Shown here: positions 42,787 to 53,178 of the stretch, piece after piece | How the letters are laid out: each line of letters begins with the position of its first letter | How positions within the stretch are numbered: position 1 is the stretch's first letter | Source of the DNA: an uncultured virus (IMG/VR IMGVR_UViG_3300028840_008158) | Lineage: Duplodnaviria; Heunggongvirae; Uroviricota; Caudoviricetes | Reading direction: 5' to 3' (one strand) | IMG/VR virus record: IMGVR_UViG_3300028840_008158 | DNA length: 57,056 nt | Program-made: the position numbers and the translations under genes | Notes under the pieces: model-generated | Seen by the model: only the letters and a program-made list of their open reading frames with translations | What the model was told of the DNA's origin: nothing | Databases searched by the model: none

Positions 42787-44493
42787 ATGTCTTACGATTA
42801 CGAGGCGATGAAGAAGGCCAAGAATTGGCATCACGACATCAAGAAAATCGGAAAGGACTGGATAGAGACGGTCGTCCAACGGTACCAGAGATCGAAGGAC
42901 CCCGGGTTGCTGGACTCGATCATCAAGAACTACGCCATCTTTCGTCCCGGGTGGGCGAGGGCGTTCGCTCCCTTCTTCGGGGACGACGTTGAAGAGGGGA
43001 GCGCGGTCCATGACAAGGTCGTATGGTCCAGCGCGGAGAAGTTCAAGAGGAACAAGACCAAGAAGGGTGACGGCCTGGCGTTCAACGCGTACCTCGTAAG
43101 CGGCCTGTTGAACACCCTCAAGAACCTCTACAACCAGAAGACGTCCCACAAGAATCACCCGCGCAAGAAATGCCCCATTTGCGGGGACCAGGTTTACAAG
43201 ATCGACGAGAAGCACCTCGCCCATCGGATGACGACCAACAAGTACCGCAAGCTTCACCCGAAAGCCCCGTTGTCGTCTCCGGACGGGAGGACGGTCTGCC
43301 CGGTGAGCGGGGAGAAGGTCGAGGAGATAACGGAGTGGCGCCTGAACCGGCTGAATGGGTCCTACTCCCTGGACGATTTCCGGGCGGAGTTCCCGGATTT
43401 GTCGCCGAAGGAGGCGAAGTGCCCGATGACGGGCATGACGGTGACGATGACGCCGGAATACCCAGCGTCCCTTGGGGATGGCTACGAGGAAAGGCAGTTC
43501 ATTCGAGACTTCCCGTCCTGCGAGGCGATCATGAGTTGCCCATTTACCGGGAAGAAGATGCTTGGGATGACGCAGGAGCGTCTCGACGCGGCCCTCGGTC
43601 AATCATCGACGGACAAGCGCGTCAGCATGCGATCATTCGTCCTGTCGAACAAGAACGTCACGCTCAGGGCCAGGAGGCTCAAGGTCAGGAATCCCTATAC
43701 CAAGAAGATGGTCGACCAGTTGACGCCGCAGATGCTCGCCGAGGCCGGGACCAACGTCAAGGATCACTTGGCCCGGTACGCGAAGATTTGGATCGACAAG
43801 TTCTACCCCGATACCGTTTGCTGCCCGTTCACTGGCAGGCGCGTCAAGCAGATTCGACATTCCGACCTCGAGAAGCTCGGAAGGACGCCCATCGACTTCT
43901 ACAACGCGGTATCGGAGTACCCGTTGTTCCGCTACCAGGTCAAATGCGTCGAATGCGGCAAGTGGGTCGATAACATCTGGGAGCACCTCGAGGCGGTTCC
44001 TCATTTCTACGCGGAGAGCCTGACGCTACAGGAGTACGAGGCGTCCTTCGGTCAGAACGCCACGCAGGCTTACGTCAGCAACAACAGCTACGTCGAGAAC
44101 GAGTCCGGTGACAGCATCCACGTGGCCGACCTGTTCGCCAAGGTGACCAAGAAGCCGGTCGACATGATGGAGGTTGAGGACAGCCTCTCCAAGGTCGCGA
44201 AGGACGAGATGGACAAGCGTCTGGTCTCCTCGGTCAGGAGCGCGTCTACCCTGGAGGACGTCTTCTTCGCCGCCGCCGAGAAGAGGATCATGCCGCTCAA
44301 GTTCAAGTTCGCGCTCGGGATGACGAAGGAGGTCAGAGCTGCGGTCAAGACGGCCCTCGGGTTCGCCGACTTCGACATCGCCAAGCCGCCGAACATCGGG
44401 ACCAAGGAGGTCGTCGTCATGGTCCCCTCGCGATCGACGCTGAGGGCGCGAATGATGAGGCTGATCGAGGAATCGGACATCATGGAGGGATGA
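42787..44493 (+). CDS. sigma-factor-like protein with internal Zn-finger-like repeats
   Basis: N-terminal VWSSAEKF...FNAYL...LNTLKNLY resembles sigma70 region 2; repeats CPICG, CPVSG, CPMTG, CPFTG, NPYTK, CPFTG, CVECG. Confidence 0.55.
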   Translation: MSYDYEAMKKAKNWHHDIKKIGKDWIETVVQRYQRSKDPGLLDSIIKNYAIFRPGWARAFAPFFGDDVEEGSAVHDKVVWSSAEKFKRNKTKKGDGLAFNAYLVSGLLNTLKNLYNQKTSHKNHPRKKCPICGDQVYKIDEKHLAHRMTTNKYRKLHPKAPLSSPDGRTVCPVSGEKVEEITEWRLNRLNGSYSLDDFRAEFPDLSPKEAKCPMTGMTVTMTPEYPASLGDGYEERQFIRDFPSCEAIMSCPFTGKKMLGMTQERLDAALGQSSTDKRVSMRSFVLSNKNVTLRARRLKVRNPYTKKMVDQLTPQMLAEAGTNVKDHLARYAKIWIDKFYPDTVCCPFTGRRVKQIRHSDLEKLGRTPIDFYNAVSEYPLFRYQVKCVECGKWVDNIWEHLEAVPHFYAESLTLQEYEASFGQNATQAYVSNNSYVENESGDSIHVADLFAKVTKKPVDMMEVEDSLSKVAKDEMDKRLVSSVRSASTLEDVFFAAAEKRIMPLKFKFALGMTKEVRAAVKTALGFADFDIAKPPNIGTKEVVVMVPSRSTLRARMMRLIEESDIMEG

Positions 44494-44643
44494 TATGATT
44501 TTCTACACGTTGACGGGCTACTACTTGCCGTCTAATTCGTTGGCTCCGGTCGAGATCATGGTCATATGGGCTTGACCTCGATGATGCCCCATGGGTTCAT
44601 AACGACGACGGGCTTCCTGTGGGCGGCTCCTTGCCAGTAAATT

Positions 44644-45255
44644 TCATCCCTGCTCCTTCTCGTACCAGAAGTCTATCCTGATCAGGCTGATCCTGCCCGT
44701 CTTGGCCTGGACGGTCTCCCACGTAGGTACGATCTCCGACTTCATGCCGTTGGCGTAACCGCTCGACCGGGCCATCACGCAACCCATGATCGCCCGATAC
44801 ACGGCGTCCGGCCCGATGCACTTGAGGGCTACCCCCTTGCCTCCCAGCGCCATGCCGTTGATTGCGGTAGCCAGCCTCGTGGCGGCCGCGTGGTCTCCTC
44901 CCTCCGTTTTCTTCCCCGACACCTTGCATTCGGCGAATTTCGCGGGGGGCTTGCCGTTTACGGCCTCGACCATCATGCAAATGGCGACCGCCGCCGGGTC
45001 GTCGGTGGCCTCGGCCTTACCGAATACGGGGGCGACGCCGAACTTGATGCCGGCTTCCTTGACGCGCTCGTTCGTGATCGCGATGGCCTTGACGGCCGAA
45101 TTGACGGCCGCCTCCTTGATCGCCCTCGCCCGGCAATAGCCCACCTCTCTCAGGCGCCAGCCCATGGCGGCGGCGACCTTCTTGGCGTAGCCCTTGTCCT
45201 TCGACGACGATACTTTCAGGATGACTTCCTCTTCCTGTTCCATGGGGATAATCAT
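44644..45255 (-). CDS. spoVS: tandem two-domain SpoVS-like protein
   Basis: ILKVSS...VAAA...RAI..AAVNSAVKAIAI; second copy CKVSG...LATAI...KCIGPDAVYRAI...IVPTW. Confidence 0.75.
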   Translation of the reverse strand: MIIPMEQEEEVILKVSSSKDKGYAKKVAAAMGWRLREVGYCRARAIKEAAVNSAVKAIAITNERVKEAGIKFGVAPVFGKAEATDDPAAVAICMMVEAVNGKPPAKFAECKVSGKKTEGGDHAAATRLATAINGMALGGKGVALKCIGPDAVYRAIMGCVMARSSGYANGMKSEIVPTWETVQAKTGRISLIRIDFWYEKEQG

Positions 45256-45310
45256 ACGGCGTGGGGACCGTTCAGGAGGTCGTCTTCATATAATCGAATG
45301 GGAGGAAGAC

Positions 45311-46027
45311 ATGCATCCATACAAGATGAAGCCGTCGGAGGCAGACTTGAAGATCGCCTTGTACAAGGCCGATTCCGTCCAGGGAAAGGTTCCCTCGACG
45401 ACCTGCTCCAACCGTGGCGAGTGTTGTCGGGCTGGCTGCCCCAACATGTACTACTGCGAGTACGTGAGGATGGCCGAGCACGTCGCGGAGTTGCCCCTCG
45501 AACGTCGTGCGGTAATCATCGAGGAAAGCCTGCGTCGCTACCTGAAGCCGCAGGTCGTAGACGACCCGAAGCCGTGCCTTTTCCTTTCCGAGACGATCAT
45601 CGACGGGGTCATCACCGGGAGCCGTTGCGACGTGTACGAGGTACGCCCTCTGAAGTGCCGCCTGTACGGGTTGATCCCGGAAGAGATGTACAAGAGGAAC
45701 GTCGCGTCGGTCGCGAGGGAGATGGAGGTCGAGAAGGAGCGTGTCCCGCTCTGCGTTCAATGCGACCAGGTCAGGGGGCGCGTCATGGCCGAGAGCGAGA
45801 TCGCGGCCATGGAGAAGGATCTTCGCCAGGCCGACCTCGTCCTTGGGATGCCGAAGTCCGTCCAGGACGATGGCTTCGGTTTCCTCACTTTCCACGACTG
45901 GCATTTGATGACGCAATTGGGCGAGGAGTGGCTGGAGGGATTGAGCGCGTTGCGCCTGCGCTGCTCGGACGACGAGAAGGAACAATTCGTCGCGGCTTTG
46001 AAGGCAGAGTTGGCGAGTTGTTTATGA
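45311..46027 (+). CDS. YkgJ-family (CxxCxxCC) cysteine-cluster protein
   Basis: CSNRGECC, CLFL, CDVYEVRPLKCRLYG. Confidence 0.8.
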   Translation: MHPYKMKPSEADLKIALYKADSVQGKVPSTTCSNRGECCRAGCPNMYYCEYVRMAEHVAELPLERRAVIIEESLRRYLKPQVVDDPKPCLFLSETIIDGVITGSRCDVYEVRPLKCRLYGLIPEEMYKRNVASVAREMEVEKERVPLCVQCDQVRGRVMAESEIAAMEKDLRQADLVLGMPKSVQDDGFGFLTFHDWHLMTQLGEEWLEGLSALRLRCSDDEKEQFVAALKAELASCL

Positions 46028-46043
46028 AAAGGAGAGTGAAGCC

Positions 46044-46349
46044 ATGATGAAGATACCATCCGTCGGACAAGGCGCTTCGGAGCCTCAAGTGACCATGAAG
46101 GGCACGATCACGAACGCCCATTATTACGCGGAGCATTCGTGCATCGCCGTCCACCTCGACATGGAGGACGGATCAAAGCGGCGCGCCTACGTCTACGCCT
46201 CGGCGCTCCTGTTCGGCGGCAAGCCAGCCGATCAGGTTCCAAAAAAAGACGTGGACAGGGAAATGAACAAGACGGCCGAATTATTCCTGAAGGCCAGAGG
46301 CAAGAAGATCAACGTCGCCATGGACGAGAGCCAAGCGAGGATCGCATGA
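46044..46349 (+). CDS. hypothetical protein
   Basis: AAGGAG RBS. Confidence 0.55.
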   Translation: MMKIPSVGQGASEPQVTMKGTITNAHYYAEHSCIAVHLDMEDGSKRRAYVYASALLFGGKPADQVPKKDVDREMNKTAELFLKARGKKINVAMDESQARIA

Positions 46350-46645
46350 TCGACATCGTCGTCAGTGACGGTTGTCCGTTCTGCCCCAAGCAACTTGAGG
46401 TCATGCAGAAGTCCTTTCGAGAAGGGGACTACCATGTTATTCGTACGGGGACCAAGGAATTCGACGAATACGAGCTAAACGAAAGCATTGATGGCTTCCC
46501 GTTCGTGGTGATACGGGATAAAGAGGGTCGCGTCAGGTACGCCGCCAAGGGGTACATGGACGCGAGGCAACTTGACGCGAGGATAGCAAGGTACTCCGGG
46601 CCGAATCGGGGGTTCAACCTGAGGAAAGCCCGGTCCGAGAGTTAA
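46346..46645 (+). CDS. glutaredoxin/thioredoxin-like protein
   Basis: CPFC active site, GFP cis-Pro motif; adjacent to RNR. Confidence 0.8.
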   Translation: MIDIVVSDGCPFCPKQLEVMQKSFREGDYHVIRTGTKEFDEYELNESIDGFPFVVIRDKEGRVRYAAKGYMDARQLDARIARYSGPNRGFNLRKARSES

Positions 46646-46723
46646 CCAAGGCTCAGGCCAAAGCGCAATCCGCCGGGTCAAGCCCGACGGGTGGGGGGAT
46701 TTTTTGTCCCGAGGGGGAAGAGC

Positions 46724-48670
46724 ATGAAGTACGTCGAGAGGCTCAGCGACAAGTTCGTACGACGTTATCGAAGGCATTCCCCTCCATGGGGGCCGATCGG
46801 CCTCGTCACCTACAAGCGAACCTACGCGAGGCGCATCGAGGAGGAGGGTCGTACCGAGGAATGGTACGAGACGGTCGCCCGATGCGTCAACGGGGCGCTG
46901 GGCATTGGCATGCGGATGAACGAGGATGAGGCCGAGTACCTCTACGACGCCGTCTTCAACCTGAAGTGTACCTTCTCGGGAAGGGGCTTGTGGCAACTCG
47001 GTACCAAGACGGTCGAGCGCTTCGGTGGCGACAGCCTGATGAACTGTTGGGCGTGTTCCGTGTCTGATCCCATCGAGCCCTTCTGCTTCACCTTCAACGA
47101 GTTGATGCTTGGCGGCGGCGTGGGTTTCAACATCCAGCGCGAACACGTCTACGAGATACCGAAGGTCAAGCACGACGTGAAGATCGTCCGCATCGACGAC
47201 AAGGACGTCGACTTCATCGTTCCCGACAACAGGGAGGGTTGGGTTCAATTGCTGAGGCGTACCCTCGAGGCGTTCTTCGTGACCGGAAAGTCGTTCAGCT
47301 ACAGCACGATCTGTATCCGCCCCAAGGGCGCGCGGATCAAGAGTTTCGGGGGGACGGCGAGCGGACCCGAGGACCTCTGCAAGGGGATAACCCAGATCGC
47401 GTCGGTGCTCAAGAATCGCGTGGGCAAGAAACTACGGACCATTGACTGCCTCGACATCATGAACATCATCGGGAGCGTCGTCGTCGCGGGTAACGTCCGG
47501 CGCTCGGCCATGCTCGCCCTCGGGGACATCGACGACCAGCTCTACCTGGACGCGAAGAACTGGGAGAAGGAAAGCATCCCGAATTGGCGCTCCATGAGCA
47601 ACAACTCGGTCGTCTGCAACAAGGCCAAGTATCTTCACGACGGGTTTTGGTCGACCTACGAGGGCGGTGCGGAGCCGTACGGGCTCATCAACCTTAACAA
47701 CTGCCGTAGGTTCGGCCGGATCGTCGACGGGACGGGCTACAGGCCCGATCCTCGCGTCATAGGGACCAATCCTTGCGGGGAGATACCGTTGGCCTCCGAG
47801 GAGTCGTGTAACCTGGCGGAAATCTTCCTCCCGAACATCAAGGACGTCGACGAGTTCAAGAAGGTCGCCACCTCGATGTACAAGGTCGTCAAGGCCATCT
47901 CGTGCTTACCGATGATACACGATTCGACGACCGAGGTCGTCAAGGAGCATCATCGTCTCGGGATCAGCGTTTCCGGGTTCCTCCAGTCCAAGTTCGTCGG
48001 TGATTCAGACGCGTTCGACGCCGTCTACAAGCACCTGGAGCAGGTCGACGAGAAATACAGCAACGTCCTCGGATGCGGTCGCAGCGTCAAGCTGACCACG
48101 GTCAAGCCCAGCGGGACCGTCAGCCTGATGCCCGGCGTGACGCCGGGAGTCCACCCGGCCTACGCGGAACATTACATCCGCCGCATCAGGATGGCCTCCA
48201 ACGACCCCCTCATTGACGTGTGTCGAGCCCACGGGCACCTCGTCGAGCCGCAGGTCAGGCTCGACGGGAGTCGCGACATGGATACGATGGTCGTCTCCTT
48301 TCCCGTAAAGGTCCCCAAGGGGACGATCGTCGCCAAGGACGTCTCGGCCGTCAAGCAGCTCGAGTACGCCCGGTTCCTCCAGCGGCATTGGAGCGACAAC
48401 TCGGTATCGGTGACGGTCTATTACCGCAAGGAGGAGCTCCCCGAGATCAAGGCTTGGCTGAAGGACAACTACGACAAACACGTCAAGACCGTCAGTTTCC
48501 TGCTCCATTCCGAGCATGGCTTCGAGCAAGCCCCGTACGAGGAGATCGACGCCGAGGAATACAAGCGTATGTCGTCATCCGTAAAGAGGATACGCTCCAT
48601 TCATGACGAGAACTCCATGAGCCTCGCGGAGTCTCTCGAGTGCGAAGGGGGAATGTGCCCGGTCAAGTGA
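46724..48670 (+). CDS. nrdJ: class II (B12-dependent) ribonucleotide reductase, monomeric RTPR type
   Basis: YKRTYAR, LMLGGGVGF, GNVRRSA, TNPCGEI, TTVKPSGT, C-terminal CEGGMCPVK. Confidence 0.92.
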   Translation: MKYVERLSDKFVRRYRRHSPPWGPIGLVTYKRTYARRIEEEGRTEEWYETVARCVNGALGIGMRMNEDEAEYLYDAVFNLKCTFSGRGLWQLGTKTVERFGGDSLMNCWACSVSDPIEPFCFTFNELMLGGGVGFNIQREHVYEIPKVKHDVKIVRIDDKDVDFIVPDNREGWVQLLRRTLEAFFVTGKSFSYSTICIRPKGARIKSFGGTASGPEDLCKGITQIASVLKNRVGKKLRTIDCLDIMNIIGSVVVAGNVRRSAMLALGDIDDQLYLDAKNWEKESIPNWRSMSNNSVVCNKAKYLHDGFWSTYEGGAEPYGLINLNNCRRFGRIVDGTGYRPDPRVIGTNPCGEIPLASEESCNLAEIFLPNIKDVDEFKKVATSMYKVVKAISCLPMIHDSTTEVVKEHHRLGISVSGFLQSKFVGDSDAFDAVYKHLEQVDEKYSNVLGCGRSVKLTTVKPSGTVSLMPGVTPGVHPAYAEHYIRRIRMASNDPLIDVCRAHGHLVEPQVRLDGSRDMDTMVVSFPVKVPKGTIVAKDVSAVKQLEYARFLQRHWSDNSVSVTVYYRKEELPEIKAWLKDNYDKHVKTVSFLLHSEHGFEQAPYEEIDAEEYKRMSSSVKRIRSIHDENSMSLAESLECEGGMCPVK

Positions 48671-48722
48671 TTTTTCCTTGTGTCGCGACCCTTGAAGAAG
48701 TATCTTTTGAACTGGAGACGAG

Positions 48723-50597
48723 ATGAAGCCGAACGAACAGCAGCAATGCGTCATAAAACACGTGGACGGGGCTTGCCTCGTCGTGGCCGTCCCCGGTTCC
48801 GGCAAGACGGCGTCCATGACCGAGCGGATCAAGAACCTGGTCCGGATCGGGAAGGACCCGACGTCCATCCTGGCGATAACCTTTACCAACAAGGCGGCGG
48901 ACGAGATGCGCCGCCGTATATCCTCGGCGGTAGGCGACGGGCCGGCCTCGAAGATGACCATCTCGACCTTCCATAGCCTCTGCGCGAGGATCATCCGGGC
49001 CAACTCGATGATCCTGGGTTTGACCAAGTCATACACGATCTATGACGACGACGACCAGGAGAGGATGCTCCGCAAGGCGATCTTCAAGATCGAGGGAGAC
49101 GGGTTCTCTCCCTCCCCCGAGTACTGGGACGGCATCCGGGCGTTCGTCGAGGGAAAGCGCAATAACCTGCTCACGGACGAGGAGGCGAGCGAGCGATACG
49201 ACGTCGGGGGATCGCAGCTAAAGGCGGCCCAGGAATACCTGTCGTCGCTCGCGTCGTCGAACGCTGTCGATTTCACGGGGTTGTTGTCCGAGACGGTAAG
49301 GCTCTTCGAGTCGCATCCCGAGATACTGGCCTACTACCAGAAGAGGTTCCTCTACGTCAACGTAGACGAGGTTCAGGACACCAACGTGGCCCAGTACAGG
49401 CTCGTCAAGCTGATCGCTTCCCACGGGAACGTCATGTTCATCGGCGACCTGGACCAGTCGATATACCGCTGGCGGGGCGCGACCCCGGAGAACGTCCTCC
49501 AGTTCGAGAAGGATTTCGATCCGGTGGTCCTCAAGCTGGAGAAGAACTACCGTTCCACCCCCCAGATTCTCGAGCCCGCCCACCAGCTCATCAAGAGGAA
49601 CTCTCTCCGCAAGGACACGGAGCTGGTTACCGACAACGCGGACGGCGACGCGCCAATCGTCAGGCGTTGCCCCGATGACCGGGAAATGGCCATGCGCATT
49701 GCCTACATGGCCAAGAACCACCTCACGGCCGGGGTTCCGCCCAAGGAGATCGCGGTCTTCTATCGCGTCAACTACGTTTCCCGAATCCTCGAGGATGCCC
49801 TGAGGGCATTACGGATACCCTACAAGGTCATCGGGGGGCAGAGTTTCTACGCCCGGATGGAGGTCAAGACGTGCCTTGCGATCCTGAAGCTCATGTCCAA
49901 TCATCGCGACAGGGCGAGCTTCCACAGGGTGGTCGAGTTCTGTTGTCGCGGCGTCGGCGAGAAGACCATCGGCGACGTCATCGACGAGGCCACCGGCTCG
50001 AAGACCGTCATGCAGGCCGCCAAGGAAAGGGCATCGGCGGGGGATCGCATCGGGAAGGGGTTGTCAGTCCTAGTGGACGCCTTCGAGGGGAAGCCCAGGG
50101 AGCCCCACGCCGCCCTGCTCCACGTCGCCAGGCGAACTGCCTTCTGGGACAAGATGGCGGCCGAGAGCAGGGCGGACAATGATCGTTGCGCTAACATAAC
50201 GGAGCTGTCCGAGGACGTCTTCCGTTACGTCAATGACGGCGGGACGCTGGACGGGTACCTGCAAAACGTCTCCCTCATCTCGTCGGCGGACGAGGAGGGG
50301 AAGGAGAAGCAGATCAGGCTGATGACGATGCACGCCTGCAAGGGGCTCGAGTTCGACGTGGTGCTGATCTCCCACGCTAACCAGAAGATCGTCCCCCACA
50401 AGCGCGTCCTCGAGATCGAGTCCTCGACGGAGCGCGGGAAGCAACTGGAGGAGGAGCGACGCCTCTTCTACGTCGCCATGACGAGGGCCAAGAAACATCT
50501 CGGGATTTTCCATTTCCAAAAAAGAAAGCGCGGGTCGTCGACCGAATACTTCTCGCCTTCCCAGTTCATCGGGGAGAGCGGGCTGCGCTCTTACTAG
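48723..50597 (+). CDS. uvrD: UvrD/PcrA family helicase
   Basis: AVPGSGKT, TFTNKAA, VDEVQDTN, GDLDQSIY.WRGA, NYRST, TMH..KGLEF, EERRLFYVAMTRA. Confidence 0.95.
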   Translation: MKPNEQQQCVIKHVDGACLVVAVPGSGKTASMTERIKNLVRIGKDPTSILAITFTNKAADEMRRRISSAVGDGPASKMTISTFHSLCARIIRANSMILGLTKSYTIYDDDDQERMLRKAIFKIEGDGFSPSPEYWDGIRAFVEGKRNNLLTDEEASERYDVGGSQLKAAQEYLSSLASSNAVDFTGLLSETVRLFESHPEILAYYQKRFLYVNVDEVQDTNVAQYRLVKLIASHGNVMFIGDLDQSIYRWRGATPENVLQFEKDFDPVVLKLEKNYRSTPQILEPAHQLIKRNSLRKDTELVTDNADGDAPIVRRCPDDREMAMRIAYMAKNHLTAGVPPKEIAVFYRVNYVSRILEDALRALRIPYKVIGGQSFYARMEVKTCLAILKLMSNHRDRASFHRVVEFCCRGVGEKTIGDVIDEATGSKTVMQAAKERASAGDRIGKGLSVLVDAFEGKPREPHAALLHVARRTAFWDKMAAESRADNDRCANITELSEDVFRYVNDGGTLDGYLQNVSLISSADEEGKEKQIRLMTMHACKGLEFDVVLISHANQKIVPHKRVLEIESSTERGKQLEEERRLFYVAMTRAKKHLGIFHFQKRKRGSSTEYFSPSQFIGESGLRSY

Positions 50598-50608
50598 GAG
50601 GATGGTCG

Positions 50609-51295
50609 ATGTTGCCGCATTTCAGATCAAACGCGTGGCGACAAGTTCTTAACGAAGCCATTGTGATGGAAACCATAGAGGACACGTACGAGCATCTGCA
50701 TGCGAAACTCCCTCCAGCGGGACCAGCGGGGCGTCCCACCAGGAGACTGCTCGGATGGTGGGAAAGATACCATCAGATCGCGCATCATCGTTCCCCATTG
50801 TCTGAATACCTCACCGAGGAGTACATGAATGCCGTGGTGCGGCTGTTGGCCCACCCGCTCGAGAAAATCAAGGTGGGCGGCCACGACATGCGCCCCTACA
50901 TCGCGCCGAGGGAAAGGCGCGCGCCGATGATGTGTTACCGGATTTGCGACGAGAAGGACGGCAAGCCCATGACGCTGTTCCACGGCGTCAACGGATCACG
51001 AAAGATTCCCCTCGACGAATGGATCGAGGCAAGCGTCAAGCTCGTCCACGACGGGAGCGACAAGGGATGGAGGATGCGTAGGCGGTACCGTTCGGGGTTT
51101 CATTCCCTCAAGGACAAGAAGGCCGCCAGGCGCGTCCTGCGGGAGACGTTCAAGAACCTCGAGAACAGGGTCATCGTCCGCGTCCGGGTCAAGAACACGT
51201 GGTCGAAGGAACATAGCAGGCACGACGTCGTCCTGTCGAGATTCCTGAAGATTACGAAGGAGGACTGGTGGAGGCGAGAGAAGGCGGACGCCTGA
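50609..51295 (+). CDS. hypothetical protein
   Basis: AGGAGG RBS; TLFHG and Y.SGFH in C-terminal half. Confidence 0.55.
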   Translation: MLPHFRSNAWRQVLNEAIVMETIEDTYEHLHAKLPPAGPAGRPTRRLLGWWERYHQIAHHRSPLSEYLTEEYMNAVVRLLAHPLEKIKVGGHDMRPYIAPRERRAPMMCYRICDEKDGKPMTLFHGVNGSRKIPLDEWIEASVKLVHDGSDKGWRMRRRYRSGFHSLKDKKAARRVLRETFKNLENRVIVRVRVKNTWSKEHSRHDVVLSRFLKITKEDWWRREKADA

Positions 51296-51548
51296 ACCTC
51301 TGCTTCAGGCTCGACGCGTGGACGCAAGCGGGGGCTTGCCCGGACGGGATAGGGGCATGCGTTTTCATGATCGCTCGGCGCGGGCGGAAGTATTCCAAAC
51401 ACCTTGAATTAGCGAAGATTTCCGTGTATTGTTCCGAAGAGGGGCAGAGAGAGTTCGGGAAATTCAACGAGGGGGCGATCAACCAGCGGTTCCTCTACGA
51501 CGCGTACATAGAAAGGTTCAACAAGGCCACCGGAAGGATGATAGTCTG

Positions 51549-52073
51549 ATGGAGACCATGACCATCCGCATCCCCAAGCGATGCAAGAAGGCGTTCGAGA
51601 GGCGCGCCCTCCGGGCCAGGACGCAGGACTACGTCAACAAGGTCCTCGCCGACGACATCGACGGGGACTACGACGGCCTCATCAGGCTGATCCGACACAA
51701 GATTTCAAGGATGAGGAAATGCATCGTCGGCAACGACATCGTCGCCGACGCGGAGGAGATCGGCCGCCAGATGCAAGAGGTGGAGGACGCCCTCGGACGC
51801 TTGGACGACGACGAATACTTCTTCAAGCCGCTTACGGCCCTCCATAAGAAGTACGGTGTCAAATACGCGTGGATAAGAGGAGACAAGGGGAAGAACGGGG
51901 ACCGGTTCTCGACCCTGGGGCTCGTCCCGATCAAGAAGGGGACGAAGTTCGACGAGAGAAAGTATCGGGCCGAGTTCAGGAAGCTCGCGGATCGCGCCGA
52001 CAAGGAGCGACAGCGCGACCTGGACATCGCCTTCGACGGAATCAAGAAGAACATAGAAGGGTGGTGGGACTGA
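51549..52073 (+). CDS. hypothetical protein ending in WWD
   Basis: coupled ORF. Confidence 0.6.
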   Translation: METMTIRIPKRCKKAFERRALRARTQDYVNKVLADDIDGDYDGLIRLIRHKISRMRKCIVGNDIVADAEEIGRQMQEVEDALGRLDDDEYFFKPLTALHKKYGVKYAWIRGDKGKNGDRFSTLGLVPIKKGTKFDERKYRAEFRKLADRADKERQRDLDIAFDGIKKNIEGWWD

Positions 52074-53008
52074 TGAACGTCCTGGTCACCGGGGGCGCCG
52101 GTTTCATCGGCAGCCACATCGTGGAGAGGGCTCTTTCGGAGGGGGCTTCCGTCAGGGTCTTGGACAATCTATCCAGCGGGAAGATGGCCAACATCGAGGC
52201 CGTTCTGGACAAGATAGAGTTTTTCAGGGGGGACATCCTCTCAGAAAGCTTCCTCGAGGAGGCGGTTAGGGACGTGGACGTGATCTTTCACGAGGCGGCC
52301 ATCGTTAGCGTCCCGCAGTCCATCCGGGAACCCATCAAGTCGCACATGAACGGCTCCCACGCCACCCTCAAGCTCATGCAGTCCGCGCGCGAAGCTGGCG
52401 TCTCCAGGGTCGTCATCGCCTCTTCGGCGGCGGTTTACGGGGACGCCCCGGCCCTTCCCAAGGACGAGTCGATGCCCCTGGAGCCCATCTCCCCTTACGC
52501 CGCGACGAAAGCCGCTTGCGAAAGCTACGCCCGGGCGTTCGCCCGATCATACCACGTGGACGCGGTGTCCTTGCGCTACTTCAACGTTTTCGGGCCTAGG
52601 CAAGACCCGTCAAGCCCTTATAGCGGGGTGATATCCAAGTTTTGCAAGGCTTTCGTTAACGATGATCCCATAACGATCTTCGGAGACGGGGAGCAAAGCA
52701 GGGACTTCGTGTACGTTGATAACGTCGTGGAGGCGAATTGGCTCGCCGCGATGTCAAAGGCGTTCAAGGGAGAGGCGATCAACGTCGGCTGCGGGCAGGG
52801 CGTAACCCTGAACAAGATGATCGAAGCCTTGAACTCCCTGACGGCCTCGCGTCGCGAGGCCGCGTACGACGTGGAACGCCCTGGCGACATCCGACATTCG
52901 AGGGCCGACCTTACCAAGGCGAGAAGGGTTCTTGGATACAAGCCTAAAGTGGGCTTCCTGGAGGGTCTCTCCCGTACCCTGGAATGGTATCAACGGGGCG
53001 GCGAGTAG
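52073..53008 (+). CDS. NAD-dependent epimerase/dehydratase (UDP-hexose 4-epimerase-like)
   Basis: VTGGAGFIG, SSAAVYG, YAATK, RYFNVFGPRQ. Confidence 0.92.
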   Translation: MNVLVTGGAGFIGSHIVERALSEGASVRVLDNLSSGKMANIEAVLDKIEFFRGDILSESFLEEAVRDVDVIFHEAAIVSVPQSIREPIKSHMNGSHATLKLMQSAREAGVSRVVIASSAAVYGDAPALPKDESMPLEPISPYAATKAACESYARAFARSYHVDAVSLRYFNVFGPRQDPSSPYSGVISKFCKAFVNDDPITIFGDGEQSRDFVYVDNVVEANWLAAMSKAFKGEAINVGCGQGVTLNKMIEALNSLTASRREAAYDVERPGDIRHSRADLTKARRVLGYKPKVGFLEGLSRTLEWYQRGGE

Positions 53009-53178
53009 AACGTGCCCGGCTTGGGCCACTTGCCAACGTGGTTCTTGCAATCCTCGTTCTCGCAGCCGCATCCGGATGGGATCAGCTTCGCGCCGCATTG
53101 ACCGCATTTGTGGTCGGAATACGGGCCGCGCTTCTCGTTCTTCTTTTTCTTTGCCATGCCTCAATGATACGGATAGGG

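Noticed and set aside
46646..46723. Cobalamin riboswitch or NrdR box upstream of nrdJ
   Set aside because: Only a short imperfect hairpin in under 80 nt; no B12-box or NrdR consensus recognisable.
35032..48670. Inteins or introns in dnaE, recA, nrdJ
   Set aside because: Protein lengths and motif spacing leave no room; no intein splice motifs seen.
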